A stretch of 64,000 nucleotides of DNA from Longimicrobiales bacterium. Its GTDB lineage: Bacteria; Gemmatimonadota; Gemmatimonadetes; Longimicrobiales; Gaopeijiaceae. Position 1 is the stretch's first letter. Each line of letters starts with the position of its first letter. The DNA lies in NCBI GenBank assembly GCA_965238005.1, contig OZ250165.1, positions 928,001 through 992,000 on the forward strand. The letters are read 5' to 3'. Below, in pieces: positions 1 through 10,229 of this stretch. The notes beneath the pieces were generated by a model. The model saw only the letters and a list, made by a program, of their open reading frames with translations. It did no database searches and was not told the DNA's origin. The position numbers were made by a program, and so were the translations under genes.

Positions 1-1344
1 GTGGGTGAGGCCAAGCTCGAAGTGTGGCGCGGCTTCGAGTACGAGCCCGTCTTCCCGACTGTCGAGGTGCAAGCCGGGGAGTGGACGACGGTCGAGGTCG
101 AGTTGAGCCGTTGGATCGACATGGCCGCGAACGGGTCGTACTCCGGCGACAACCACATCCATCCGAACTACGGTGGCCATTACTTCATCACGCCGATGGA
201 TCTGAGGAACAAAGCCCAGGCCGAGGATCTGAACGTGGCGAACGGAATGATCGCCAACTACTGGGGAAACAGCAGAGTAGAAGACCTGGAACACTTCCTT
301 GGACATCCACACCCGCACACGGGTCCGCGAACGGTCGTCTACTACAACGAAGAATACCGTCCGAGCTTTTTCGCCCATCTGTCCCTGCTCAACCTGACGA
401 AGCTCATCACTCCGTTCTACATCGGCTACGAGGGTACCGCGCATCACGAGCTCTATCCCGACAATGCAACGGTCCTCCGGCATGTCCACAGTCAGGGAGG
501 TATCGGCGGCTACGTCCATCCGTTCGGCCTCAGCCACCGCGATCCGGACACCGCAGGCGTCGGCTCGGCCCGCGAGCTTCCTGTGGACGCCATTCTGGGG
601 CTCGCGGACTTCGTCGATGTGGCCTGCATATGGAGCGACGAGCTCGGGACCGCCGAGGTGTGGTATCGGCTGCTGAATACGGGGTCCAGGATTCCTGCGA
701 CGGCTGGGACAGATGCGATGACGGACATCTGGCGGCATCCCGCCGTCGGGACGACGCGGTCGTACGTCTATACCGGGGAAGAGGAGCTGGACTACGACAG
801 TTGGGCCGACGCCATGGCGAAGGGCCGCGCGTTCGTGACCAGCGGACCGATCCTGTCCCTGGACGTCTCGGGCAAGGGAATGGGCGAGGAGTTGCGCGTA
901 TCGAAGGGCGATCTACTGGAGGTTACAGCTACGGCCCGTGCCATATTTGCCATGCACCGCCTGGAGATCATCCAGAACGGCGAGATCATTCACACGGTGG
1001 AGGCGACTGGTGCGAAGAAGACGATCGAGGCGGAGCTGCAGATTCCCGTCGAGTCCAGCGGCTGGATCGCTGTGCGGGTTCTCGGTCCGACCCAGCACGG
1101 GGTCATGGATAGCTACCTCTTCGCGCACACGAACCCCGTGTATGTGATCGCCGACGGTGAACCGATCCGTTCAAGGAAAGATGCCGCTTTCTTCGTCCGG
1201 TGGATCGACGAAGCCCTGGAAGATCTGAGGAGCATGGATCGCTGGGACGATCCGGCGCACAAGCAGGAAGTCATCTCCACCTTCGAACTGGGACGACGGC
1301 TGTATCAAGACCAGATCGAGGACCTGGGTACTCACGAACGGTAG
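1..1344 (+). CDS. CehA/McbA family (PHP-like) metallohydrolase, 5'-partial at window edge
   Basis: YSGDNHIH, NEEYR, GYVHP, ATAGTD and FAHTNPVY motifs; paralogous to the C-terminal part of 5698..8154. Confidence 0.8.
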   Translation: MGEAKLEVWRGFEYEPVFPTVEVQAGEWTTVEVELSRWIDMAANGSYSGDNHIHPNYGGHYFITPMDLRNKAQAEDLNVANGMIANYWGNSRVEDLEHFLGHPHPHTGPRTVVYYNEEYRPSFFAHLSLLNLTKLITPFYIGYEGTAHHELYPDNATVLRHVHSQGGIGGYVHPFGLSHRDPDTAGVGSARELPVDAILGLADFVDVACIWSDELGTAEVWYRLLNTGSRIPATAGTDAMTDIWRHPAVGTTRSYVYTGEEELDYDSWADAMAKGRAFVTSGPILSLDVSGKGMGEELRVSKGDLLEVTATARAIFAMHRLEIIQNGEIIHTVEATGAKKTIEAELQIPVESSGWIAVRVLGPTQHGVMDSYLFAHTNPVYVIADGEPIRSRKDAAFFVRWIDEALEDLRSMDRWDDPAHKQEVISTFELGRRLYQDQIEDLGTHER

Positions 1345-1584
1345 CCGTGCTGTGCTAACCACCGAGGGACAGGCCCGATCTCCGACGGCCGCACCGTGCT
1401 CCTCCTCTCTCCCCTCCAGCTGCTGGCTCCCGGCTTCCGGACTTGGCGGCCCGGTTTCCCTCGATAGCGTGCGGCGGGTACGGCTGCGCCGGGGTGCGCG
1501 CTGGCGATCGGCGGCTATCTTAACGCAGCATCGCGATAAGCGGCGATCGCCGCCCGACCTCGACCTCGCTGCCCGGGGGATATC

Positions 1585-2835
1585 ATGAACCGAATCGCTG
1601 TGATCGCAGCCGCCCTGGTGGTTGTTCCCGGGGGACTCCTGGCTCAGGACCCGCACCTCGAGCGCGCCCGAAGAATTCTCTCGGAGGTCCCACTCATCGA
1701 CGGACACAACGACCTTCCGGGCGCGATCCGCGACGCGGCCACGGGGGGCCTGGGGGATGTGGCCGCGTACGATCTCCGCTCGACCACCGAGGGCGACACC
1801 GATTTGGCACGGTTGCGCCGGGGAATGGTGGGCGCCCAGTTCTGGTCGGTGCACGTCAACGTCAACTCGACCAATCCCGCGCGACAACAACTCGAGCAGA
1901 TCGACATCGCGCTCCGCACCATCGAGCGATATCCGGACCTGCTGGAACTGGCCACCACAGCTTCGGACATCGAAGCGGCCTTCGGCCGGGGAAGGATCGC
2001 GTCCCTGTTGGGGATCGAGGGCGGCCACGTCATCGAGAATTCGCTGGGTGCCCTGCGGGGGTTCTTCCACTTGGGAGTACGCTACATGACGCTCGCCCAT
2101 TTCGAGAACACCGACTGGGCGGATTCGGCGACGGACGAGGTGGTGAACGACGGCCTCTCTTCCTTCGGCGAGGAGGTCGTGCGCGAGATGAACCGCATGG
2201 GCATGCTCGTGGACATCTCGCATGTGTCGCCGGCGACGATGAGTGACGCCCTCAACGTGGCTGAAGCGCCGGTCATCTTCTCGCACGCCGGCGCTCGGGC
2301 GTTGACCGACCATGTGCGCAATGTGCCCGACTCGATTCTGGCCCGCCTGCCGGAAAACGGCGGCCTGGTCATGCAAGTGTTTTATCCGCCCTACGTTTCC
2401 GAAGCGTACCGGCAGTACGATGAGCGCGCGCAGCGGGAGGTCCAGGTGAGTATCGGAGAGCGCTTCGGGAACGACCAGGAGCGTATCGAGCGCGAACTCG
2501 CGGCGTGGCGAGCGGCCAACCCACCGCCCAGCACGACGGTGGCCGACGTTGCGGATCACATCGAGCACATCCGCGACGTGGCCGGCATCGACCACGTCGG
2601 CATGGGCAGTGACTTCGATGGCATCCCGACCTACGTGGAGGGGCTCGAAGACGTGTCGACGTACCCGGTGCTCTTCGCCGAGCTGTCACGCCGAGGGTGG
2701 TCGGATGAGGACATGAAGAAACTGGCGGGCGAGAATCTGTTGCGGGTGATGCGGGAGGCCGAGGCGGCGGCGCGGAGGCTTCAGCGCGAACGCCAGCCGT
2801 CGACGCGTACGATGCAAGAGAATCGAATCCCGTAG
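1585..2835 (+). CDS. Membrane dipeptidase (peptidase M19), exported
   Basis: Signal peptide; IDGHNDLP, GIEGGH, VDISH, FSH and GMGSDFDG motifs. Confidence 0.93.
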   Translation: MNRIAVIAAALVVVPGGLLAQDPHLERARRILSEVPLIDGHNDLPGAIRDAATGGLGDVAAYDLRSTTEGDTDLARLRRGMVGAQFWSVHVNVNSTNPARQQLEQIDIALRTIERYPDLLELATTASDIEAAFGRGRIASLLGIEGGHVIENSLGALRGFFHLGVRYMTLAHFENTDWADSATDEVVNDGLSSFGEEVVREMNRMGMLVDISHVSPATMSDALNVAEAPVIFSHAGARALTDHVRNVPDSILARLPENGGLVMQVFYPPYVSEAYRQYDERAQREVQVSIGERFGNDQERIERELAAWRAANPPPSTTVADVADHIEHIRDVAGIDHVGMGSDFDGIPTYVEGLEDVSTYPVLFAELSRRGWSDEDMKKLAGENLLRVMREAEAAARRLQRERQPSTRTMQENRIP

Positions 2836-2993
2836 CTATCGAAGCTGCGTCCTGCCGGGTAAAGCGCTACGTGGTTGTTCCTACGTATACTCACGATGTA
2901 AAGATACGTCCACTCTCCGAAGAGCAACTCGGTGCGCCGCGACGTTCTCAGATGTCAGTGAAGGAGTATCGGAACCTCCGACCACGCCACAAT

Positions 2994-3350
2994 CTAGGTC
3001 GTGACCCCTCGCGCCAGGGATCGGCATTTTAAAGACGCTTTCCGAGTCGATATCGTCTCAAAGAGGTCCCCTACCGTGCGGCCCACCCACACCACTCTGA
3101 ACCTGCCGCCCGTGAAGTCGTTGATTCTGTGGCATGCCGCGCACACTTGCCGGAACCTCGTCTCGCCCCGAGAGGCTTGCCGCGCCGTGAATACTCCGTC
3201 CAATACTGAGCTGCCAGCAGGCGTAGCAGCCTCCGGCTGCCACGAATCGGGAGAAGGGGCAGTAGTCTCCGGCTGCTGGACCGAGCCGCATGCCGCCAGG
3301 ACCAGAGCCCAGACCAGCGCCGGCACGACCGCAGCTAGAGAACACCTCAA
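2994..3350 (-). pseudogene. Monoheme cytochrome c lipoprotein, C-terminally truncated or degraded
   Basis: Lipobox LAAC, GVFTARQASRG, CAACH; similarity stops at FETIST before the expected axial-Met (MP) segment; lies downstream of the PQQ dehydrogenase. Confidence 0.6.
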
Positions 3351-3482
3351 TTTCCACCAGCCACTGCAGGCCCTTCCGTATTCGAGACACGGGGATCGAT
3401 GAGGAACTCCCGGAGGAAATATGGGGGGAACCCTGTCCCGCGAACTGTCGCCGTCAGCACCCCCGCGACGAACTGCTTCCGA

Positions 3483-5600
3483 TCACGGGAGCCGCAATGC
3501 CACCAGTGCTCCGGGCGTCCTTCCACCGGTCTGCACCACGATGTACTGATCCCCTTGGTGCATGTACGTCATCATGCCGTATTGGCCTGCGGCGGGCAGA
3601 TCGATGGTCGCCAGGCGCTCACCGGTCAGCTTGTCCACCGCATGGAGACGCGGCTCACCACCCCCGCCTTCTGCAGTGACGAGCAGCGTCCTCGTGACCA
3701 TCGTGATGGCTTTCGAGGTCTGGCCGGTATTAGGCAGGTCCACCCCCTGAAGCGCCGGATGGTTCGTGATTCGCTCGGGCGTGTCCCCATTGGGGATCCA
3801 CCAGAGGTGCTCCCCCGTGTTCATGTCGATGGCCGTGATCCGTCCGTAGGGGGGCTTGTGGATCGGAAGGCCTTGAGGGCCCCCGAAGTCTCCACGATCG
3901 AGCACGGCATACTCGGAGTATGTAGTGCCCGTGGTCATGATGTCGTCGGGAGCGTCGATGTCTCGGCCAGGGACGAGCCTCTCGGATCTGCACCCCTTGT
4001 TGGACGACACATAGAGGATTCCGGTCTCCGGATCTGCGGACGTCGGACCCGTGATATTGGTCGCACCTGAAGGGCAACTGACAAACGAGCGTAGGCCGGA
4101 CGGATGGCCTACCTGGATCGGTGGGTTGAAGATGGGTCCGATCCGGTAGTTCTGAATGATTTCCAGTGCCTGTTGACGAAGCTCCGGCGTGAAATCGATC
4201 AGGTCGCTCTCAGTGAGCCCTTGCTCTTCGTACGCCAGAGGCCACGTGGGAAAGGGCTGGGTGAGAGACAATTGTTCGCCGGGCACCTCGGACCGAGGCA
4301 CCGAAAGTTCATCGATGGCCCAAATCGGCTCACCGGTTTCCCGGTTGAACGTGAATGCCCAGCCTTGCTTGGTGGTCTGAACCACGATCGGCGTCGGCTC
4401 TCCGTCCACTGTGACGTCCAGCAGGACAGGGGCCGTGGGATTGTCAAAATTCCAGATGTCGTGATGAACCGTCTGGAAATGCCACACCCGTTCTCCGGTC
4501 TGGACGTCGAGGGCGATGACACTCGTGCCGAAGAGGTTGTCTCCCGGGCGGAAGCCGCCATAAAAGTCTATCGTGGGCGGGTTGGTGGGAATATATACGA
4601 GGCCCCGCTCGGGGTCGGCCGACATGGGGGCCCACGACGAGACGTCCCCAGCGGTCAGCCATGAGCCGTTCTCCCAGGTGTCGTGGCCGAATTCGCCAGG
4701 CCTCGGGATGACATGGAATTTCCACAGGAACTCACCGGTTCGGGCATCGTAGCCCATGATGTCGCCGGGGACGTTCTCGACTCGTGTCTGGTAGTAACCC
4801 TGTTCGTGGGAATTGCCGACCACTATCACGTCGTTCACGACGATGGGCGGCGCCGAACTGGTGATCATCCCTATTTGGCGAGGAATTCCCGCATAATGGT
4901 CGAACGGCTGGCCGAGCTCCTCAAAGGGAAGCCAGTCCCTCACAAGATCTTCCAAGGGATCCACGACCCCGGTCTCGGGAAAGCCCTCTACCGGTACAGG
5001 CCTCCCGAATCCCTCCAACGGCTGGCCGGTCTTGGCGTCTAGCGCGTGGAGGAAGAAGCCGGGAGTCGTGATGTAGACCACCCCGCGGCCATCGACCTCG
5101 GCGTAAGTAACTCCCTTTCCATAGTTCTGCCGCATGGAGCGCTCAAACCGCAATGTGTTGGGCTCCCGGAAGATCCAAAGAGTTTCACCCGTAGCGGGAT
5201 CGATGGCGACCACCTGCCTCCGCTCGCTGGCCACCGTGTAAAGCATGCCGTCGACGAAGCTTGGCGTGGACTTGAATGCGTAGTCCACCGTGGGGCCAAA
5301 GTTGTCCGCCCGCCAGATCCATGCGACCTCCAGATCCTCGAAGTTGCTGGCGTCGATCTGGTCCAGGGGCGAATAACGCGTATGGGCCGCGTCCCCGCCC
5401 AGATAGCGCCACTCTCCGTTCTCAGTCCCGGGTCCACCCTGCGCGACGAGGGAAGCCGGTGCCACCATCAAGAGGCCGAACGCCAAGGTGAGAGACAAAC
5501 CCTTCGCACTCCGTCTGAGCCGCTGCGGGTTACCTCTGGACCTCTCCCTTTCGTTCCTCATCAGATCAGAAGGGACCATATGCTCAAGAGTTACTCTCAA
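3483..5600 (-). CDS. PQQ-dependent (quinoprotein glucose-type) dehydrogenase; true start may be ATG 5561
   Basis: EWRYLGGD, YSPLDQIDASNF, TSSAPP, WHFQTVHHDIWNFD, KPPYGRITAIDMNTGEHLW PQQ beta-propeller motifs. Confidence 0.9.
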   Translation of the reverse strand: MRVTLEHMVPSDLMRNERERSRGNPQRLRRSAKGLSLTLAFGLLMVAPASLVAQGGPGTENGEWRYLGGDAAHTRYSPLDQIDASNFEDLEVAWIWRADNFGPTVDYAFKSTPSFVDGMLYTVASERRQVVAIDPATGETLWIFREPNTLRFERSMRQNYGKGVTYAEVDGRGVVYITTPGFFLHALDAKTGQPLEGFGRPVPVEGFPETGVVDPLEDLVRDWLPFEELGQPFDHYAGIPRQIGMITSSAPPIVVNDVIVVGNSHEQGYYQTRVENVPGDIMGYDARTGEFLWKFHVIPRPGEFGHDTWENGSWLTAGDVSSWAPMSADPERGLVYIPTNPPTIDFYGGFRPGDNLFGTSVIALDVQTGERVWHFQTVHHDIWNFDNPTAPVLLDVTVDGEPTPIVVQTTKQGWAFTFNRETGEPIWAIDELSVPRSEVPGEQLSLTQPFPTWPLAYEEQGLTESDLIDFTPELRQQALEIIQNYRIGPIFNPPIQVGHPSGLRSFVSCPSGATNITGPTSADPETGILYVSSNKGCRSERLVPGRDIDAPDDIMTTGTTYSEYAVLDRGDFGGPQGLPIHKPPYGRITAIDMNTGEHLWWIPNGDTPERITNHPALQGVDLPNTGQTSKAITMVTRTLLVTAEGGGGEPRLHAVDKLTGERLATIDLPAAGQYGMMTYMHQGDQYIVVQTGGRTPGALVALRLP

Positions 5601-5697
5601 GTATTATCCTCAGGAAAATGACACGAGAAAGCCCTCAGAGCCCCTCAAAGCGGGGCGGTGAAAACAAGCAGGGCGCACATGGAATAGCCGCTCGCCC

Positions 5698-8154
5698 TCA
5701 GGGATGAGCGCCCGTCTCCGCCTCCCCGGCGATCCGCTCATAGATCGCCTGGGCTTCCTGGACGGCGGCCCGGAATCGCTCGCGTTCGGCGGGGGTGCGC
5801 CACTCGGCGCGTCCGTCGACCCGGCGCCACAGCGCCGCCACGCCGTCGGCCAGGAACCGCGCGTCCTCGGCCGACGTCCATTGACGGCCGTCTCGCCGGA
5901 CGTAAACCGGGCTGGTGTGCGCGAATGCATGGGTGTCCGTCACGTAACGTGAGGAGGGACCGAGCACGCGGGCCGCGATCCATCCGCCCCGGGGGACGCT
6001 GACCACCCCCTCGAACTCGACGCGCAACGGATCGGAGCCATTGACGCTCCGCACGACCTCTCCGTTGACGACGATCTCGAGGCGGTCCATGGGTGCGATG
6101 GACACTGCCTCGGCGCGTACGGACAGCTCCGGGACATCCGTGGAAGCCAGATCGATCTCGTCCCCGGGCTCGTGGCCCGCGACATCGAGGAAGAGAAGTG
6201 GGCCCGTGGATCCGAAGGTGTGCTGGGCCCGGATTCCCTCCATCCAGGTCTGCAGGCTGAGCGGGCCCTCGATGTGGACGTATGTGCGGTCCGTTCCTGG
6301 CGGTGGATCACGCCAGACGTCGGAGAAGTTGTCCGTGCCCCCGGTGGCCGCAATGCGGAGACCGGCGTTAAGCATGCGGTAATAGAGCTCCGTGGAGGCG
6401 ATCTCGTCCGAGGGCAACGCAGCCACGTCGTAGAAGTCCCCCTTGCCCAGCGCCACGTTGACCGGAATCAGCGAGCGGGCCAGATCTTCCGGTGCGGTGA
6501 CGTCGTTGCTGTAGGGATGGAGGAAGCCGGCGATCCCCCCCTGGGAGTGTGCGCCGTCGATGTAGGGAAGATCCAGCTCCGGCTGAGAGTAGGCGGTGCT
6601 TCCCGAGCCCGCCGTGAAGGGGAGCACATACTGCCCGATACCGATGAGGGCCACGTGACCCATGCCACCGCGATACTCCTCGCCGTACTGGAGGATGTGC
6701 AGCCCGGTGGAGAGGGGGTGCGGCTCGCCCGTCAGGTCTCCCCAACGGCCCATGAGACGAGTGCCGTCCATGTGAATCAGCGAGTTGGTGATGTGCAGGT
6801 CCTCGGCAACCAGCTGGCGATAGAACGCCTCGTGAGTCAGCCCGAACCTCCCCTGATGCCGGTCGTGGACGTGGGTGTCACCCGAGTACCAGCCACGGCC
6901 CGGCATGTCCACGAGTCGGGTCAGGCGGAGCGTGGCGGTCTCGACTCCACCTTCAGGCACATCGAGCGTGACTGCCGCGGGCTGATATTCGTGCCCCTTG
7001 AGCGCTTCGACCTTGGTGCGGCCGGCGGGCACCTCGACCTCGAACTCGCCGACCGTGTGGAAGTAATGGGTCTCGGTGGCGGCGATCACCCGGTGGAAGC
7101 CTCCGTCGGGGGTGTAGCCCCGCCCGTCGCTTCCCTCCAGGTAGATGCGGGCCGGGGTCGGGCTCCCGTCCGGGGCGAGAACCCGTATACGCACGCGGCC
7201 CGCGGGGTAGCGCGGGCTTCGTGTACGGATGGGCACCTGTCGCCAAGAGCTGGGCGGGCCTCCTCCCTTAGCGACGGTGTAGAGGATCGTAGGGCCTCCC
7301 GCATTCGAGACGAAGGCGAAGCGCTCGCCGTCGGGACTGGATGCAGGGGAATAGTGGTGATGGGGGTCGATGGTGAGGGCCATCGTGGTCCCCCCCGAAG
7401 CGGGGATGATCCGTACGTGGTTCACGCCTCCCTCCTCGGAGACGAACAGGAAAGCGCGGCCATCCGGCGTCCATTCCGGCTTCATGCGGTAGGCGGTCTC
7501 CTCGTGGTGGACCATCCTTGGAGGCCCATCGGGCAGGGCCTTCACCATGAGACCGCCGGTCCCCAATCGTCCGCGGACCGGCGCCACATAGGCGAGCTCG
7601 CGGCCGTCCGGTGAAACTGCCGGATTGATCCCGGCCACCACCTCGTCGTTGGCACCGCTGGCCAGATCGTGACGGAAGATGCGGAAGCCGCCCGCGCGCG
7701 CCGTAACGAAGTAGATCGCGTCTCCGTTCCTACCCCATACGGGCTGAACGTCCACGGCCGGATCGCTGGCGATCCGCTCCACGGGCCCGCCTTCGGCGCT
7801 CACCAGGCCCAGGTCCAGATTGCCGTCGGCGTCGAGGGAGAGCGCCAGCCGGGTCCCGTCCGGACTCCACGCAGGCTCGAAGTGGTATGCCGGTCCCCTG
7901 GTGAGAGCCACCGCCTCACCGCCGTCGGCCGGGACCTTCCAGATGTCACCCCTCATGGAGAAGGCGATCCAACGACCGTCGGGACTCCATGCCGGGTCGA
8001 GAGGGCCTGTGGACACGCCCGGGAGCATGTGTCGCTCCACGCGGTCGGAGTGACCATAACGGCTCGGACCGGCGTGGCCCACGGACACCACGAGCGCGAA
8101 AATGAGCAGTCCCAAGGCGGCCGCGATCAGACGAGCTCTCAGAGTCATTCTCAT
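5698..8154 (-). CDS. TolB-like (PD40) propeller fused to CehA/McbA metallohydrolase
   Basis: Repeated PAWSPDG motifs, then WYSGDTHVH, GEEYR, ATGGTD, FAHTSPVY. Confidence 0.85.
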   Translation of the reverse strand: MRMTLRARLIAAALGLLIFALVVSVGHAGPSRYGHSDRVERHMLPGVSTGPLDPAWSPDGRWIAFSMRGDIWKVPADGGEAVALTRGPAYHFEPAWSPDGTRLALSLDADGNLDLGLVSAEGGPVERIASDPAVDVQPVWGRNGDAIYFVTARAGGFRIFRHDLASGANDEVVAGINPAVSPDGRELAYVAPVRGRLGTGGLMVKALPDGPPRMVHHEETAYRMKPEWTPDGRAFLFVSEEGGVNHVRIIPASGGTTMALTIDPHHHYSPASSPDGERFAFVSNAGGPTILYTVAKGGGPPSSWRQVPIRTRSPRYPAGRVRIRVLAPDGSPTPARIYLEGSDGRGYTPDGGFHRVIAATETHYFHTVGEFEVEVPAGRTKVEALKGHEYQPAAVTLDVPEGGVETATLRLTRLVDMPGRGWYSGDTHVHDRHQGRFGLTHEAFYRQLVAEDLHITNSLIHMDGTRLMGRWGDLTGEPHPLSTGLHILQYGEEYRGGMGHVALIGIGQYVLPFTAGSGSTAYSQPELDLPYIDGAHSQGGIAGFLHPYSNDVTAPEDLARSLIPVNVALGKGDFYDVAALPSDEIASTELYYRMLNAGLRIAATGGTDNFSDVWRDPPPGTDRTYVHIEGPLSLQTWMEGIRAQHTFGSTGPLLFLDVAGHEPGDEIDLASTDVPELSVRAEAVSIAPMDRLEIVVNGEVVRSVNGSDPLRVEFEGVVSVPRGGWIAARVLGPSSRYVTDTHAFAHTSPVYVRRDGRQWTSAEDARFLADGVAALWRRVDGRAEWRTPAERERFRAAVQEAQAIYERIAGEAETGAHP

Positions 8155-8269
8155 AGCCTGCTCCGGGGCTGGGAGTTGCGGAAGGCTCGGGACACGGTAT
8201 CCCTTCCTCGTAGGAGTTTAGGCGTATACTCGCGTGGCGAGCCGCGCCGAACAAGCCTGAATCGCTGCG

Positions 8270-8421
8270 GGCTCCCCGCCGATCACCACGGTCGTGTTCG
8301 GGCGGGGCGGGGCGCCCGTTCCATCGATCACTGTGGCGCCGATCAGCGCGATAGTGTTTTGGGCCCCCGGCGCTTACCGGCGCGAGCGCCATGAGTGCAG
8401 TCAGAACGAGTGGAGTGACAT
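8270..8421 (-). pseudogene. N-terminal stub of an amidohydrolase
   Basis: Minus strand reads LMALAPVSAG / AQNTIALIGATVIDGTGA / PRPNTTVVIGGE across two frameshifts, then similarity ends; boundaries approximate. Confidence 0.6.
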
Positions 8422-8535
8422 TCCACCTTGTGCCCCAAAAAACTCCCCGGGCGTCATGAGAGGCGCGCTCACTGGCCGACGCACGGATCGGCCGGTACCT
8501 TCCCCAAAAATAACCCAGCGTCGAAGGAGACCAAG

Positions 8536-10134
8536 ATGCAGCGAGTCATGCAATTGGCCTTGATGGTAATGGTTGCTTTGATGGCCGTCCCCAAGGTGGC
8601 CACCACTCAGCAAGAGGAGGTGACGCCGGCCCCGGACCGAGCTGAGGGCGAAGGCCCGTTTGATCGGCTGGTGATCCGCGGGGCGATCGTCATCGATGGC
8701 ACGGGCGGGCCGCCCCGTGGACCGGTGGACATCGTCATCGAGAACAATCGCATCGCGCTCATCGTGGGCGTCGGGGCACCGGAAGTACCGATTGGCTCGA
8801 CGGGGCGACCGGAACCCGGCACGAAGGAGATCGACGCGGAGGGCATGTACGTACTGCCCGGTTTCGTGGATCTGCACCTCCACACCGGTGGGGTCCCGAA
8901 AGCGCCTGATGCCGAGTACGCCTACAAGCTGTGGATGGCCCATGGCGTAACGACTGGGCGCGGCGTGTCGTTTGGCGGGGTCGACTGGTCGCTCAAAGAG
9001 AAAGAGCGGAGCGCAGCGAACGCGATCACCGCCCCGCGGATGTGGGTATATCAGCGCCCTGGGCAGGGTTGGGACGGCGGTCCGATCAGAACCCCGGACG
9101 ACGCGCGAGCGTGGGTGCGATGGGCGGCCGACAAGGGCATCGACGGACTCAAGCTGGGCTCGCATCCCCCGGCGATCATGGCCGCCCTTCTCGACGAGGC
9201 GAAGAAGCATCAGTTGGGATCCACCGCCCACCTCGGGCAAACCGGTGTGGCCCAGATGAACGCAATCGATGCTGGGCGACTCGGGCTGGGTTCGGTCACG
9301 CACTACTACGGGCTCTTCGAGGCGCTCTACGACGACCACGACGTCCAACCGTGGCCTTCAGACATGAACTACGCGAACGAGCAACACCGCTTCGGCCAGG
9401 TGGCACGCCAGTGGAACATGATCCACCCGCCCGGCGGCGACGAGTGGCGCGCGTTGCTCGAGGAGCTGCTCGATCTGGACGTTACCCTCGACCCGACGAT
9501 GACCGCCTATATTGCCACCCGCGACGTGATGCGCGCGCGCACTGCCGATTGGCACGAGCAGTACACACTCCCATCGCTATGGGACTTTTATGAACCGAGC
9601 CGCACGAATCACGGCTCCTACTACTACCGCTGGACGTCCACCGATGAGGTGGCGTGGCGGAACTTCTATCGCGTTTGGATGCAGTTACTGGACGACTACA
9701 AGGACATGGGTGGTCGGGTGACCGTGAGCTCGGATGCCGGGTACACGTACAACCTGATGGGATTCTCAACGATCGAAGAGATGGAATTGCTAGAGGAAGC
9801 CGGATTTCATTCGTTGGAGGTCCTCCGCGGTGCGACCATGCATGGTGCAGAGACGCTGATGAAGCCCACCGGTAAGCCGATCGACTTCGGGATCGTCCGC
9901 GAAGGATTTCTTGCGGACCTCGTGTTGGTGGACGAGAATCCGATTGAGGACTTGAAGGTCCTTTACGGAACGGGAGTCGTGCGCCTCAACGACTCGACCG
10001 GTCAGGCCGAGCGCCGCGGCGGCATCATTTACACCATCAAGGACGGGATTGTCTACGACGCGAAGGCACTACTCGCGGACGTGGCTCGCATGGTGGAAAT
10101 GCAGAAACGCGAGAGGGGCATCGCCCTACCATAG
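8536..10134 (+). CDS. Exported amidohydrolase family protein
   Basis: AAGGAG RBS before ATG 8536; signal peptide; VIDGTGGP, PGFVDLHLH, TVSSDAG, ADLVLVDENP. Confidence 0.88.
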   Translation: MQRVMQLALMVMVALMAVPKVATTQQEEVTPAPDRAEGEGPFDRLVIRGAIVIDGTGGPPRGPVDIVIENNRIALIVGVGAPEVPIGSTGRPEPGTKEIDAEGMYVLPGFVDLHLHTGGVPKAPDAEYAYKLWMAHGVTTGRGVSFGGVDWSLKEKERSAANAITAPRMWVYQRPGQGWDGGPIRTPDDARAWVRWAADKGIDGLKLGSHPPAIMAALLDEAKKHQLGSTAHLGQTGVAQMNAIDAGRLGLGSVTHYYGLFEALYDDHDVQPWPSDMNYANEQHRFGQVARQWNMIHPPGGDEWRALLEELLDLDVTLDPTMTAYIATRDVMRARTADWHEQYTLPSLWDFYEPSRTNHGSYYYRWTSTDEVAWRNFYRVWMQLLDDYKDMGGRVTVSSDAGYTYNLMGFSTIEEMELLEEAGFHSLEVLRGATMHGAETLMKPTGKPIDFGIVREGFLADLVLVDENPIEDLKVLYGTGVVRLNDSTGQAERRGGIIYTIKDGIVYDAKALLADVARMVEMQKRERGIALP

Positions 10135-10229
10135 GCGGGCTGGTGGATATGCCTGACACGAGCGCCGTGAGTCGGAGTTGAGTGTTGGCATTCTTGCGGT
10201 TGAACAGAAACCCGACAGCAGGAACGCTC

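Noticed and set aside
1400..1480. Cobalamin riboswitch-like words on the minus strand (GGGAAACCGG, AAGTCCGG, GAGCCAG)
   Set aside because: The GCCACTG core and B12 box are missing, and no downstream gene lies on that strand.
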